DNA from: a virus
DNA length: 64,000 bases
IMG/VR virus record: IMGVR_UViG_3300047494_000107
Span: 1 to 64,000 of that record
Direction: 5' to 3' (one strand)
This document shows, one piece after another, positions 46,282 through 56,926 of the stretch. Both the position numbers and the translations under genes were made by a program. How positions within the stretch are numbered: the first letter of the stretch is position 1; each line of letters starts with the position of its first letter. The notes under the pieces were generated by a model. It did no database searches. It worked only from the letters and a program-made list of their open reading frames with translations, and was not told the origin of the DNA.

Positions 46282-48718
46282 GCGCGCGGCGAACGGCAAG
46301 ACCGTCGGGGACAATATCAGGGACGCTGCGGCTGATACGAACGCTCGCCAAGCCGGCGCTGAAGACTCCAAGCTATCAGGCAACGGCATCGCCGGCATAG
46401 CAGATGCCATCAAGGCGTCCATGGCGTCGCAGATGGGCGTGTTGACGAGCATCGCGTCCAACACGGCGGCGATCGCGACGAACACCGCGCAGGCTAACAC
46501 ACACCTCGCCGCTATAGCCGGGAAACTAGGCGGCGCGATCGGAGGTGGTTCTGGCGGCGGGAGCGGTGGGGGTGGCGCGCGAGCAAGAGGCAGTCGCGCA
46601 AGCCCCGCAGCATCAGCGGGTGGCCCTGCAAGCGCATATCGTTACGGCGCTATGGCGAACGGTCTTGCTCCAGGTATGGGCGGCTTCAACGCGGCTGGTT
46701 CGCTAGGACGAGGCCGTAGCTTCACGCCACGCGGTATGACTGCGGGAGCGCCGCTCGGGACAGGTGGCGGAGGTCGAGGAGGCACCCCGACGACGCGATC
46801 CTTCGGCGGTGGCGGAGGCTGGGGCTGGGGAGGGGGTGGCGGTCTAGGCGCTGGCGCCAGCATGGTAGCCCGATACGCTGGTATGGGTGAGGCTGCGGGG
46901 CTTATGCGCCTTGCAGGCGCCGGTCCTCTAGGCGCCGTGGCGGGACTAGGCGTGGCGGCTGTCATGGGCCCCGAACTCCTCCATGGCATCGGCGGGTTCA
47001 TCGTTGATAAGACGGACGTCTACCGGGATTACGCGAAGGGTGTCGCCAACCTCGGAAATGCGGGCGGCTACGACTCGTCTATGCTGAACGGGATGTTCAG
47101 ACCAGGCAGCGGACTACCGACAGGCTGGATGCGCCAAACCGGTACGAGCGCCACCGACGCCGTGTCCAACTTGAACAAATACGGAATTGTTCAACGTAGC
47201 GCTCAAGGCGCCCACATGACAGCGGCGGCGCTCGCGGGCATTCCGCTTATGCAGGGTACGTCGGGCATGGACCCGAGCACCATCATCGCTTACGCGCGTA
47301 TGAGGGCTGGGCTTAGCGACGAACCGAACGTCGCCATGGGTGGATCTGCGTTCGGTTACGGCATAGGCACGGACGACTCTGGCGACTACAAGACCGCAGG
47401 CGGAGGCAGCGCCGCTGGTCGCATCCTGGGGCGGCTTGACACGGTGCTGAGCCGTGCTGTTGCGCAAGGTCTTGACCGCGCTACGGTCTTGCGATCAATC
47501 GACGCCAACATTCAGTATTCTGTTCGAAGCGGCGGCAACATCGTCGGCGGTCAAGCCGAGAGTTTCGTCAGCAGTATGATGAGTGGAAAATCGGCCGCGT
47601 CGCGATCAGGAACTCTTGCCGCGGATTTCCAGGCCGGCATTGGAAACTATCTTCAGGACCCCACCGCTAGCCCGACCTCGATGTTTTTCAGTACGGCTAT
47701 GATCCGAAAATACTCAACCAGGGACGCGCTTAAAGCTCTGAACCCTGAAACTTACAACAGCATTATGGCTGACCCACCTAAGAGACAATTGCTGGAGGAC
47801 CATCTTCGCCTAGCGGCAAACCCTGCGCAAGACACGACGTGGCCAGCAGTAATAGCTATGTACAGCGCCGCCGACCAAGCAACGGCGTTTGAGAGCGTGG
47901 CTAGTGGAATGCTGGGCGGCCTTGATACGCCGATCGGGCGAGCACGCTACTCGACAATGACAAACACGAAACCCTTGGCGACCGCGCAGTACGTTACAAC
48001 CCGCGGCCAGCGCAACAACAACCCACTGAACTTAACGTACGCGCCGGGCCAGGGCACGATAGGGCGCGACGGCAGGTTCGGTCGGTACTCGACCATGGAA
48101 GAAGGCGTCGCCGCAGCAGAGCGGCAGTTGCTGATTGATCAAGACAAGTACGGTTTTCGTACGCTGGCAAGCCTTATCGGTGACCCAGATCACGGGTGGT
48201 CTCCCGCCAAAGACGGCAATGACGTACCCGGCATTCTTGCCGACCTGAAGACCCTGTCTGGATACGGTCCGAACGACCCGATAAATATGCGCGATCCGGC
48301 CACGGCGCGAAAAGTCATCAACGCGATGGGTCGCCGTGAATCAGGGTTCAACGATCCGGCCGTCGTGAATCGTGGCGTTGCACAAGCGCTGGGTATTCCT
48401 GAGTCCGGTATTCCGACTGCCGCTGGGCCGGCTACTCGTCAAAAGATCGCCATGTTCGACAACACAGCCTCTGGCGTCCGAAACACCGAAGCGCTGAACG
48501 GTCAAGCCGCCCTGTCGACGTCGGAGGACGCATTCAAGAAGCTCTCGGCCGTCGCTGATTTGTCCAACACGGCGTCAATCGAGTTCGCTACGGCCACACG
48601 CAGCTTCGCCACGGCGGTCGACAAGCTCGTTGCCGCGGTCACGCCGATCATGGCGGGTAGAGCCGGCCGTGCTTATGGGCCTGGAGGCACTCCACTCGCC
48701 GAGCCGGGCAACCGCTAA
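46232..48718 (+). CDS. tape measure protein with C-terminal lysozyme-like domain
   Basis: Ala/Gly-rich; RNNNPLNL...FGRYSTMEEGVAA...W motif; synteny. Confidence 0.75.
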   Translation: MVSRILLTGPTPGGANRRAANGKTVGDNIRDAAADTNARQAGAEDSKLSGNGIAGIADAIKASMASQMGVLTSIASNTAAIATNTAQANTHLAAIAGKLGGAIGGGSGGGSGGGGARARGSRASPAASAGGPASAYRYGAMANGLAPGMGGFNAAGSLGRGRSFTPRGMTAGAPLGTGGGGRGGTPTTRSFGGGGGWGWGGGGGLGAGASMVARYAGMGEAAGLMRLAGAGPLGAVAGLGVAAVMGPELLHGIGGFIVDKTDVYRDYAKGVANLGNAGGYDSSMLNGMFRPGSGLPTGWMRQTGTSATDAVSNLNKYGIVQRSAQGAHMTAAALAGIPLMQGTSGMDPSTIIAYARMRAGLSDEPNVAMGGSAFGYGIGTDDSGDYKTAGGGSAAGRILGRLDTVLSRAVAQGLDRATVLRSIDANIQYSVRSGGNIVGGQAESFVSSMMSGKSAASRSGTLAADFQAGIGNYLQDPTASPTSMFFSTAMIRKYSTRDALKALNPETYNSIMADPPKRQLLEDHLRLAANPAQDTTWPAVIAMYSAADQATAFESVASGMLGGLDTPIGRARYSTMTNTKPLATAQYVTTRGQRNNNPLNLTYAPGQGTIGRDGRFGRYSTMEEGVAAAERQLLIDQDKYGFRTLASLIGDPDHGWSPAKDGNDVPGILADLKTLSGYGPNDPINMRDPATARKVINAMGRRESGFNDPAVVNRGVAQALGIPESGIPTAAGPATRQKIAMFDNTASGVRNTEALNGQAALSTSEDAFKKLSAVADLSNTASIEFATATRSFATAVDKLVAAVTPIMAGRAGRAYGPGGTPLAEPGNR

Positions 48719-50358
48719 TGATCAGCATCTCCCAATGCTTCATCGAGGTATACCCGTTCGAAGGCACGCCCTACGCCATCTCCTCGCCGAACATCCTCGC
48801 CGTCACAACCTCACGCAACATCCGCGAACCGGCTGGGTCTTTCTCTTTGTCATTGCGACCTGGCGGTCCTGGCGGTGTCGACGCCATCCCAACGTGGACA
48901 CAAATCATCACGCCGATGTCGCTCGTGCTGATCGGCATGCGGCGCGGTACGCATTCTCAGATCGTCATGATTGGTCTCGTGAGCGCTACGGCCGAAGACC
49001 AGGTTTGGCAGACGGGACGCGGCGCTCAGCGCGCCACGGTCGTCTCAGGCGGCGACTTTGGCTACTACTTCTCGCTGATGAACTACTACAGCTTGGGCTT
49101 CCTGGGCATGACAGCCGGCGCCGTGGCAGGAGAGGGGAGCCTGCTTCATACCGCAGTGGCTTTCCCGTCCATCTTGACCGGCAACGCCTACCAGTTCGGG
49201 CCGCCAGATCAGATTGGGCTGGCGTTCTACAACAACATCATGGTCGGGCCTGACGGGCTTCTGGCCAACAGCTTCGTGCCGTACCAGAACAACGCGCGCA
49301 TCCACATACGCGACGTGATCGGGACCTTCGTCGAGAAGTTCTACGACCTGATTATCCCCAACAACTCTGTCTTCATCACGACGGAAGGGTCGTGGCTGTC
49401 CAAGTTCTTCAACCTGTTCATGTTCCCGGTCTACGAGTTTTTCGTCACGACAGCGCCGCTGAACTACTACGGGACAGCGTCAGGGCAAAGCGCCGGCTAC
49501 TCTTTCACGATGAAGAGCATGCCCGAGGCAAAGGCTAGCGCGCCTGTCATGGTGGCACGGCTCAACCCGACACCGACGTTCACGACGACCTCCAACGGGT
49601 TCAACCAGGCGTTCAAATTGACCGGCATGGACATGTCACGCTGGAGTGCTCTGCCGGTGTTCACGCCGGAAGCCGGGTTCATTCAGTCGCATGTCGGGTT
49701 CTCCATGGACGAGGTGCGCAACTTCTACATCTTGAACCCTGTCGCCATGCGCAGCCTGACCGGCGACACGAACACCCAGACGAACATATTCGCATTTTCG
49801 ACCTACGGCATGGTCGACCCAGCGAGCGTGGTGCGGTACGGCTATAGGCCAGAGATCACGGCGACAGACTACTTCTCTGATCCGAACGGTTTGTACGCCC
49901 AAAAGGGCACCGTCGATGCGTCGCAGACCTTGTCCGTTATCTTGGCGCGAATTGCGGCGCACTACCACCCGACGCAGTTCATGGCACGGGCCGAAGTGAC
50001 GCTGCCGCTGAGGCCAGACATCATGATCGGCAATGTGTTTCGCTACGCGCCGTTCAAGGGGCAGCCGACGTGGGACTTCTACATCGAAGGCATTTCGCAC
50101 GTCTTTGACTTTGAACACGCGCAATCGGTGACGACGTTGAACCTGTCCCGCGGTCTTCCGTCGTCGATCTACGCTGACAGTTCAAGCGCTGGGCTGTTGA
50201 TGAGCGTCCACACGGGGAACGCGCAGAGAGTCGACGGAGTCTACGAGGCGGGGCTGCCGGCTGGAACAGGCCCCGCTCTTGAGTCATTCACACCCGGACC
50301 GCAGATCAATCAGTTCCTGGGGCAGATCTCCCCAGGTTTCACACAGCCGCAGTTTTAG
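48718..50358 (+). CDS. baseplate hub protein
   Basis: AGSFSLSL start; RPDIMIG...FYIEGISHVF...TTLNLSRG ending; follows the tape measure. Confidence 0.75.
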   Translation: MISISQCFIEVYPFEGTPYAISSPNILAVTTSRNIREPAGSFSLSLRPGGPGGVDAIPTWTQIITPMSLVLIGMRRGTHSQIVMIGLVSATAEDQVWQTGRGAQRATVVSGGDFGYYFSLMNYYSLGFLGMTAGAVAGEGSLLHTAVAFPSILTGNAYQFGPPDQIGLAFYNNIMVGPDGLLANSFVPYQNNARIHIRDVIGTFVEKFYDLIIPNNSVFITTEGSWLSKFFNLFMFPVYEFFVTTAPLNYYGTASGQSAGYSFTMKSMPEAKASAPVMVARLNPTPTFTTTSNGFNQAFKLTGMDMSRWSALPVFTPEAGFIQSHVGFSMDEVRNFYILNPVAMRSLTGDTNTQTNIFAFSTYGMVDPASVVRYGYRPEITATDYFSDPNGLYAQKGTVDASQTLSVILARIAAHYHPTQFMARAEVTLPLRPDIMIGNVFRYAPFKGQPTWDFYIEGISHVFDFEHAQSVTTLNLSRGLPSSIYADSSSAGLLMSVHTGNAQRVDGVYEAGLPAGTGPALESFTPGPQINQFLGQISPGFTQPQF

Positions 50359-50699
50359 AAGTGCGTCGTACCGTCAGGGTCGATCGTCTCACCATCGACA
50401 GGCGGTGTTGAGTCGGGGGACGACGTGGTTGCCGGCGCCGACCCAGGTTTCGTGTCGTCGGTCTTAAGCGTGATGTGTGTGTTCGGGAACAGGTCGCGCA
50501 GGGCGTAGCAGCGATGGTCGACGATCTGAAGATGCGCCTTGGTTGCCTTTTCGGAATTGACTTTGTAGTATTTGTCGCACTCGACAACCGTCATGAGCGT
50601 CGGCTGTTCCACGCTGGCGACGTGGCAGGTTGCGGCTGAGGGGGCTTGACCCGCCGCGCAGACTGTCATCAGAAGTCCGAAGATCGTAGGCGCCGCCAT
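50355..50699 (-). CDS. hypothetical exported Cys-containing protein
   Basis: Hydrophobic N-terminus and four Cys. Confidence 0.55.
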   Translation of the reverse strand: MAAPTIFGLLMTVCAAGQAPSAATCHVASVEQPTLMTVVECDKYYKVNSEKATKAHLQIVDHRCYALRDLFPNTHITLKTDDTKPGSAPATTSSPDSTPPVDGETIDPDGTTHF

Positions 50700-50700
50700 G

Positions 50701-50967
50701 TCAGGTATCCTTCTGGGTTGAAAGTCGGTTCAGTTTTCGCTCGTCACGCTGGAAACCCGCCACGCTGAGCAGGATGGCGGGGTCCATGGCCAAGGCCGTC
50801 GCCATGTCGGCAAAGAAAGTGTCATGCGGGACGCGCTTGCCGGCGACGACGATGGATATGTACGCAGGGCTTTTGCACATCACTTGCGCCAGCTTTGACT
50901 GGTTCCAGCCAAGCTCGGCGAGGCGCGTTCGGATGACGTGGCCGATCGTAGGCATGTAGCCGTTCAT
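50701..50967 (-). CDS. XRE-family HTH transcriptional regulator
   Basis: LAELGWNQSKLAQVMCKSPAYISIVVAGKR. Confidence 0.85.
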   Translation of the reverse strand: MNGYMPTIGHVIRTRLAELGWNQSKLAQVMCKSPAYISIVVAGKRVPHDTFFADMATALAMDPAILLSVAGFQRDERKLNRLSTQKDT

Positions 50968-51296
50968 TCGTTGTCACCGTTTTCAAGATACTCGCAGTGG
51001 AAATGCTCGTCGTCTCCTTCGACGCCCCAGACCATGACACAGGGGCCGTTCACGTCGTCAATCAGGTCGGCGTGGTGGAATATCAGGCTGGACGGTTTTC
51101 CCAGACCCCAGAGGGTTCGAATGTCTGCAATCGTCCTCTCGACGATGTCGTCCAACGGGACAGGCCCTTTCCAGGCCAGCGAAATAGGGCCTTCGTATCT
51201 CGGGTATCGCTCTTTGGCTTTAAGCATGGTGATTTCGTCCGTGATGTCGACGGGGTCCAACGCGACGTATCCGAGTTTGTCTGTCACAGGAACCAT
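50964..51296 (-). CDS. hypothetical protein
   Basis: ATG 51296; ATGA overlap with the HTH gene. Confidence 0.5.
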   Translation of the reverse strand: MVPVTDKLGYVALDPVDITDEITMLKAKERYPRYEGPISLAWKGPVPLDDIVERTIADIRTLWGLGKPSSLIFHHADLIDDVNGPCVMVWGVEGDDEHFHCEYLENGDNE

Positions 51297-51612
51297 CTCG
51301 CCAAACTGGCAAGTGCTAGCAGCCCGATTACGCAGAAGCCATGAACCACCCCGTTGCAAGCGGGACAGTCTTCAAACGGCCAATGGATAAACCAGGGGCA
51401 GCCACAGTCTCGCTTGCGGCTCTGAGCACCCTCGCCGTCATTCGACATCAACACAGTCCTCCGGTGAATACGCCTCGCAAGCCAGATCCAGCTTAGCGAA
51501 AGCGCCGGGCAGGCCGCAGTCGCCGACCTTCCCGTTAGTTGCTCGGACAAGAGACCAACGCGCCAGGACTTCCTCGGCAGCGTCAAGTAGCTTGGCTTCT
51601 CGGTTGGCTGGC

Positions 51613-51843
51613 TCAGAGATCTGAAGCCTCCATCCGGTCTAACGCACGTGTCAGGTTCGCCGTCATGTAGCCCACCACAGATTCGGCATTCAAATTCATT
51701 CCGTGAAGCGTACCGTCTACGTATAGATGAAACCGCACACCCCTTTCCGGGTGGTTTTTCCACGTGAAAGCCGAGACCTTGAAGGACTCACCGAGGATTG
51801 TGCCTTCGGCTACGTCAGTCTCATGCACGTCAGACACGCTCAA
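51613..51843 (-). CDS. hypothetical protein (76 aa)
   Basis: TTG start after GGAGG; operon context. Confidence 0.5.
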   Translation of the reverse strand: MSVSDVHETDVAEGTILGESFKVSAFTWKNHPERGVRFHLYVDGTLHGMNLNAESVVGYMTANLTRALDRMEASDL

Positions 51844-52339
51844 CCCTCCTCGTGATCTCCTGAACAGAAAACGGAAGGCCGCCGGTCAAGTGCCCAGCCG
51901 TCACAGCATCATGAATCGTGTCCATGACGGCGATGCACTGTGCATTGCGATAGAGCGCGAACTTGCCGGTATAGTTCGGCTCTAGCCTGTCAAGGTCGGC
52001 GAGGAACGCCTTGTGGTTAGCGTCGACCTCAGTCTGCTGCGCCTTCGCCTCGTCAACCGCGGTATCGCGCCGCCAACCAAACGGCAAGAGATCGGCGTGC
52101 GGCACGGGCTCGCCGGCTGCAGCCGCGGCTAAGTTGTCCAGCAGTTTGGTGATTTGATGCTGGCCCGGCTCATCGGGCTTCATCTGCCAGTAGCCGAGCA
52201 AGTCGGCGAGAAAGCCTACTGCTTGATACACCTCGGCGCAGACGTCTTGCGCGTCGGACAGAGTGGCGACATGTGTCGGCCACGGGCTTATCCGGCTGTA
52301 CGGCTGGGACCTGATGTCACGGTAAGCTGTATCACCCAA
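51830..52339 (-). CDS. hypothetical protein with DUF5678-like C-terminus
   Basis: TTG 52339 after GAGGAG; YTGKFALYRN...DAV..G....FSVQEI. Confidence 0.55.
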   Translation of the reverse strand: MGDTAYRDIRSQPYSRISPWPTHVATLSDAQDVCAEVYQAVGFLADLLGYWQMKPDEPGQHQITKLLDNLAAAAAGEPVPHADLLPFGWRRDTAVDEAKAQQTEVDANHKAFLADLDRLEPNYTGKFALYRNAQCIAVMDTIHDAVTAGHLTGGLPFSVQEITRRVERV

Positions 52340-52417
52340 GCGGGCGTCTCCTCGCAGCGTCTCGCTACAAGGTGTCAACATCCCCCAGGTGTGTCAAGCG
52401 GATTGTATCAAGGCAGA

Positions 52418-53632
52418 TTAGCCGACCCACTCTATGATACACAGACCGTCAGCGCCGTTGCCGCCTCCGTAGCCGTTGCCGCCCGCGCCGTTGCCGCCCA
52501 TGCCGGGGTAATTTCCGGGCGAGCCTGCGCCGCCCAAGTTACCTGTTCGGCCGCCGCTGCAGAACGACCCGCCGCCCACGCCACCTACGATAGCACCTGC
52601 AGCTATTCCAATGGAGAACCCGCCGAAGTTGCCGGTAAAGGCCAGACCGCCTGTGGCCGAACCTGGCGTTCCTCCCGAGTTCCCGTTGCCTGCCCCCGCG
52701 CCACCACCATAAGCGATGAGCGTCCCAAACACGGACGCGTTTCCGGCCGCACCATTCGCAGCCGCTCCGCCGCCCGCGCCGCCCGCGCCCACCGAGAAGC
52801 TCAGCACCTGCCCCGACGACACGGTGATGATGTTCTCAACATAACCAGCGCCTCCGCCACCCGTGCCACCCGCCGCCGAGCCGCCGCCACCACCGCCGCC
52901 ACCGCCGCCCCAAAGTCTGATTTTTGCGTAATTTACGCCTGCTGGGACGGTCTGCGTACTACTGCCCGGCCCGAAAATGAGCAGTGCTTTCGGAACCGCG
53001 GAGAAAGTCGGACGACCGTCCGCGTCAACGGTTACCAGACTGCTGGCATATGTCCCCGACGGAATATCAAGCTGAGCCCCGGCACGAACTTGGAAGGCTG
53101 TGGAGAAGTTCGTAACCGTCGTACTGCCGTGTGTGAGCGTCCCTCGCGCAATCTCCAGACTGCCGGCCGGCGTCGTCGTACCAACGTTCAGCGAAAAGCT
53201 ATCGACCACATTCGAATACGCCACGTATGGTATGAAGTTAGGGTCATACGAAGGGTGCCCCTGGGGCGGTCCGATCACCGTGAACGGACCTTGCTGCACC
53301 GTGGTCGGCGTCGCGTACCAATAGACGCTCAGCGTCCCACTACTCGGCACCAGCGACGTCGCGTTCACGACGTAGGTCTGCGTGTCCGACCCGTTCGTCG
53401 CCCCGTGCGCGCGAGCGGCGAAGTCTCCGTAGATCATCTCAAACGGCGCCGGGAATGTGGCCGTCAACGTCAACCCGCTGAAATTGTAAGTCGCGACACT
53501 CTGGTTTAGGAGCCCAATCTTGTTGGACCCGCGCTGCCGTTCAGCGATCGACGCCGTGACGGCTTGAAAAGCGGCGTCAAGCACAACGGACGAGACGTAT
53601 TGTTTATTTGAGAAGTTCGGTGTCGACGACAT
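52418..53632 (-). CDS. tail fibre protein with glycine-rich C-terminal domain
   Basis: VTVDADGR; TVPAGV...LWGGGGGG...GADGLCIIEW; downstream of baseplate J/I genes. Confidence 0.75.
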   Translation of the reverse strand: MSSTPNFSNKQYVSSVVLDAAFQAVTASIAERQRGSNKIGLLNQSVATYNFSGLTLTATFPAPFEMIYGDFAARAHGATNGSDTQTYVVNATSLVPSSGTLSVYWYATPTTVQQGPFTVIGPPQGHPSYDPNFIPYVAYSNVVDSFSLNVGTTTPAGSLEIARGTLTHGSTTVTNFSTAFQVRAGAQLDIPSGTYASSLVTVDADGRPTFSAVPKALLIFGPGSSTQTVPAGVNYAKIRLWGGGGGGGGGGSAAGGTGGGGAGYVENIITVSSGQVLSFSVGAGGAGGGAAANGAAGNASVFGTLIAYGGGAGAGNGNSGGTPGSATGGLAFTGNFGGFSIGIAAGAIVGGVGGGSFCSGGRTGNLGGAGSPGNYPGMGGNGAGGNGYGGGNGADGLCIIEWVG

Positions 53633-53642
53633 AAGGCACCTG

Positions 53643-54284
53643 CTAGCTAGAAGGATTCAAACCTGGGTCAGTCAAGTAGATGTCAGGCAAAAGCGGCTGC
53701 GCGTTCTGCGTCGACGCCGACACCACGAGAGGAACAGCCGTCACACTGTCGTCGAGGTAGCTGCCTTCGACGCGATGCGTGTCGGTGTAGTTGATAGTAT
53801 CCAGGAACAAACCGCCGTCTTGTTGCACTAGGTTGAACGGGACACCGGCTGGCCGGATACGAGAGAGGCTCACGACGAAAGCGTTGATCGCCGCTGTTGT
53901 TACACCGTTCGGAAGCGTGATCGTATAGCCTACCGGCGTCCTATCCGAGACGGTTACCGGCTGGCCGAAAACGAACTGACCCCAGATCTCAATGGCCGGC
54001 GTTGTGCCGACAAAAGCCAAAACCGTGGCGACGATACGCGTTGAATACGAGCTGTCAGCTTCGTTCTGCGCCCGCTGAATACCGAGCAGCAATCCCCACA
54101 CGTCTAGCCAACCCCACTGGGCGCTCGAAAACGAGTTGATCTGAGCGGCGATCATGTCAGCGCTGCTCGTGAAGTCCGCCGCCGGCACCGCTGATGTATC
54201 CGACAACTGCGCGAACGTCGTGCCTGGGCGAAGATAGGTCGCCGGCTGGTCCGCCAGTTGTTTCAGGACATCAAAGAAGTTCAC
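53643..54284 (-). CDS. baseplate wedge protein (P2 gpI-like)
   Basis: WLDVWG...QR..NEADSSY..RI and RPAGV; GTG overlaps the J stop. Confidence 0.75.
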   Translation of the reverse strand: MNFFDVLKQLADQPATYLRPGTTFAQLSDTSAVPAADFTSSADMIAAQINSFSSAQWGWLDVWGLLLGIQRAQNEADSSYSTRIVATVLAFVGTTPAIEIWGQFVFGQPVTVSDRTPVGYTITLPNGVTTAAINAFVVSLSRIRPAGVPFNLVQQDGGLFLDTINYTDTHRVEGSYLDDSVTAVPLVVSASTQNAQPLLPDIYLTDPGLNPSS

Positions 54285-55444
54285 GAGACGGAGACCGTGA
54301 GCGTGCTGAGAATGACGCGGTTTGGCGGCCCGCACGTGATACTCGGCACGGACGAGCCGCCGCTCGCGTAGGTCAGCGACACCGTGAGGGACGAGAAATA
54401 CCCAAGGCCAGCGTCAGCCGCCGCTGCGGCGATCTGTGATTGAGCGGCGGTGTTCGTAATCTGCAAGGCGGCAAAATAGTTCTGCACCTGCGTCTGCACC
54501 GCGACCGCAACCTGAGACGGCGACGCGCTCGGCAGAAGGGTTCCCGTCACGCCAACGTTCGCGTAGATAGGCGTAACCCCGCTCACGGTGTACGGGACAC
54601 CGGCTGGACGGTACCCCGACGTGTTTGTCGCCGCGCTCCCAAGCAGATAGGCCGCGCAGGCGCTTATCAGGTCCGGCTGAGCGCCGCCCGACCCGTCATC
54701 AATGAAGACAGTGAATCCTGCTGTGCCGCTGCCCGATCCAGACCCTGCGGTGATCCAAGGCTCCCAGCATGACGCGAACTGACAGACCGTGCCGCCTGAC
54801 CCTCTGACACCCACGCACGCGTTCGCCACAGCCGTTGGCGAGCAAAGGCCGAGTTTGGCCTGCGCCGCGGCTAGGCGGGCTAGCGTGACGCTTGGCGCCT
54901 CTGCCGACGCCCCGTTCGTGATCGGCGCCGCGTTGTTCACGTAGAGCGGGTAGCCGATGTTGCTCAGAATTTGCGTGACGGAATCAGCTGGCGCGTTGCC
55001 TGCCGCTCCGCCGATGAGCGCGGAGATCGACGCTGTGGCACCCGTGCCGCCGACAGATATCGTCGTGTCGATCGTCGTCTGATATTGCGCGCCGCCCGCC
55101 GTGGCGACGATTGTGCCGGACGGAATGTCGATGTCTTGCGACGCGGCCGGCGGCGAACTCGTGAACGACGTCGCGAACGTCACGCTTCCTGTAGCTTGCT
55201 GCGCGGGGTAAGCGGCGATCCCATACGCGGACGCAGACCCATACGCGAGGGCTTTCACGGCTTGTGCGGTCGTCGCAACACCTTCAAAGTCAAGCACACT
55301 ACCGAACGCTTCGGCCATGGTGCGCACTTGCGACCCAACGTTGTAGTCGGTCGGCTGGCCACTGAGCGCCGCAATGGTCGTGAGAGTACGCTGAGCGACG
55401 CTTGCGGTTGTCGGAGGCGCTGCGAGAGATGTCGTGCCAGACAT
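54281..55444 (-). CDS. baseplate J-like protein
   Basis: DYNVGSQVRTMAEA, ATGSVTF, IPSGT, GAAGN, GASAE and YRPAGV. Confidence 0.88.
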   Translation of the reverse strand: MSGTTSLAAPPTTASVAQRTLTTIAALSGQPTDYNVGSQVRTMAEAFGSVLDFEGVATTAQAVKALAYGSASAYGIAAYPAQQATGSVTFATSFTSSPPAASQDIDIPSGTIVATAGGAQYQTTIDTTISVGGTGATASISALIGGAAGNAPADSVTQILSNIGYPLYVNNAAPITNGASAEAPSVTLARLAAAQAKLGLCSPTAVANACVGVRGSGGTVCQFASCWEPWITAGSGSGSGTAGFTVFIDDGSGGAQPDLISACAAYLLGSAATNTSGYRPAGVPYTVSGVTPIYANVGVTGTLLPSASPSQVAVAVQTQVQNYFAALQITNTAAQSQIAAAAADAGLGYFSSLTVSLTYASGGSSVPSITCGPPNRVILSTLTVSVS

Positions 55445-55462
55445 GAGACTGTTCCTGGTGGG

Positions 55463-56926
55463 CTAGCCCGGTCCTACCGGGGTAAATGTCTGGTTCACGC
55501 TGATCGGCTGCGTACCAAAGCCGACTGGCTGGACCGTGGCGCTGAAGGTGACCAGCGAATTGCCGCCGCTTGGCGCCGTGGCTGTCGCTGATACGACGCT
55601 GCTGACACGACCGTCGCTCAGCAGGGCGGACTCTCCATATGCGGAGATACGCTGCAGCTCGTACGCCGCCTGCACGCTGCCGACTTCTGGCGGTATCCGC
55701 GAGCCGAACTGCGTATGGTAGATCAGGTCGCCGATCGTCGTTTGGAGGCGACGCCCGAGCGAGAACGCCAGATTGGCGTAGCCTGTGATCGTCTGAAAAT
55801 CGCCCGTCCATGGCGGCATCGGCGCGTTCATCGGGCCGAGATAGATGTCGACACCGAGAATGTCGGTCACGTAGGACGGCACCGGATAGCCAGCGACATA
55901 GTTGCTGCCAAACGACGGCGGCAGAAGGATGTCGTTGCCATAGTTCGCGATCGTCGTGCTGTCCGGCGCATACCCCGTCCAAGGCGCTGACAGTCCGTTC
56001 AGGGCGGCGATGTTCGACCACTGGCTGTAATCGCCGAGATTACGGGCGGCAACGTCCATCAGACTGTCGTTCGTGCGCACCTGCGCGAGGTTGATCGTGC
56101 TGGACACGGACTTGCGCAGCGTCAACAGAAGGAGCGCCAAGTTGTCGGCCAGCAAGCCGAGCGTGTGCTTGATCGCGCCACATTCCTGGTTGATGAAGAC
56201 GTGCGGCGGCGAGAACAGGAGGCTTGCCAATGTCGTGAGCGTCGGCAGCGACACCATCTGATTCCAGAGAGTTGACGGGTCGCTGGCGCCCAGGACGTCC
56301 CGAGAATCGAACGGCCCCGATTGCAGGCTGGCCAAGCCGTTTGCGATATACGCAGACGAGGCCAGCATCCTCGCGGGGGCGTCTTGCGCCTGCGTGGCAC
56401 CCATGCCTTGGACCGTCACCACCGCGTCGAACACTTCCTGCCACGCAGCAACTTCGGCGTTGGCGTTTGCAACCAGACTAGCTGCGGTCAAGCCACTCGG
56501 GACAGCCTCGTAGGCGGATTGCAGCCAAGATTCGATGAGGCTGCCATAGGCAATGCACGGCTGGCTGGCCGTTAGGAGCGCGATAGCGTTCGTGGGTGTG
56601 GCAGCCGGTATGGCATAGGCGATGCCGGCTATTGCGGCTTCGAGCGCGGCGATGCGCGCATCGAACAGGATCTGCGTGGGCGTTGACAGCGACAGGTCAA
56701 GCGCCTGCGTCTCATTCAGGAAAATGAGTTCACCCTGCCACGCGTTCTGAGTTTGCCACGCCTGTATGGCGTACATGCCGTTACGAAGAGACGTATAAAC
56801 CGCCTGTATGGCGCTCGCGGAGTTGATGGGGTTGGTTGTGTCAAGAGTCGACGACAGCCACTGGACCGCGGCGTAGCAACAACCCCAGACCGCTCCAGGA
56901 TAGCCGATGTAAGCGCGACTGCTCAC
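55463..56926 (-). CDS. baseplate protein with LysM-like and gp25-like domains
   Basis: DSLMDVAARNLGDYSQWSNIAALN (LysM-like); RLQTTIGDLIYHTQFGS...LLSDGRV (gp25-like). Confidence 0.75.
   Translation of the reverse strand: MSSRAYIGYPGAVWGCCYAAVQWLSSTLDTTNPINSASAIQAVYTSLRNGMYAIQAWQTQNAWQGELIFLNETQALDLSLSTPTQILFDARIAALEAAIAGIAYAIPAATPTNAIALLTASQPCIAYGSLIESWLQSAYEAVPSGLTAASLVANANAEVAAWQEVFDAVVTVQGMGATQAQDAPARMLASSAYIANGLASLQSGPFDSRDVLGASDPSTLWNQMVSLPTLTTLASLLFSPPHVFINQECGAIKHTLGLLADNLALLLLTLRKSVSSTINLAQVRTNDSLMDVAARNLGDYSQWSNIAALNGLSAPWTGYAPDSTTIANYGNDILLPPSFGSNYVAGYPVPSYVTDILGVDIYLGPMNAPMPPWTGDFQTITGYANLAFSLGRRLQTTIGDLIYHTQFGSRIPPEVGSVQAAYELQRISAYGESALLSDGRVSSVVSATATAPSGGNSLVTFSATVQPVGFGTQPISVNQTFTPVGPG

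Noticed and set aside
52154-53509. 451-aa plus-strand ORF and similar long antisense ORFs (9595..10536, 17215..18585, 31542..32504, 42897..43754)
   Set aside because: Shadow frames of well-supported genes in GC-rich DNA; Arg/Ala-rich with no motifs
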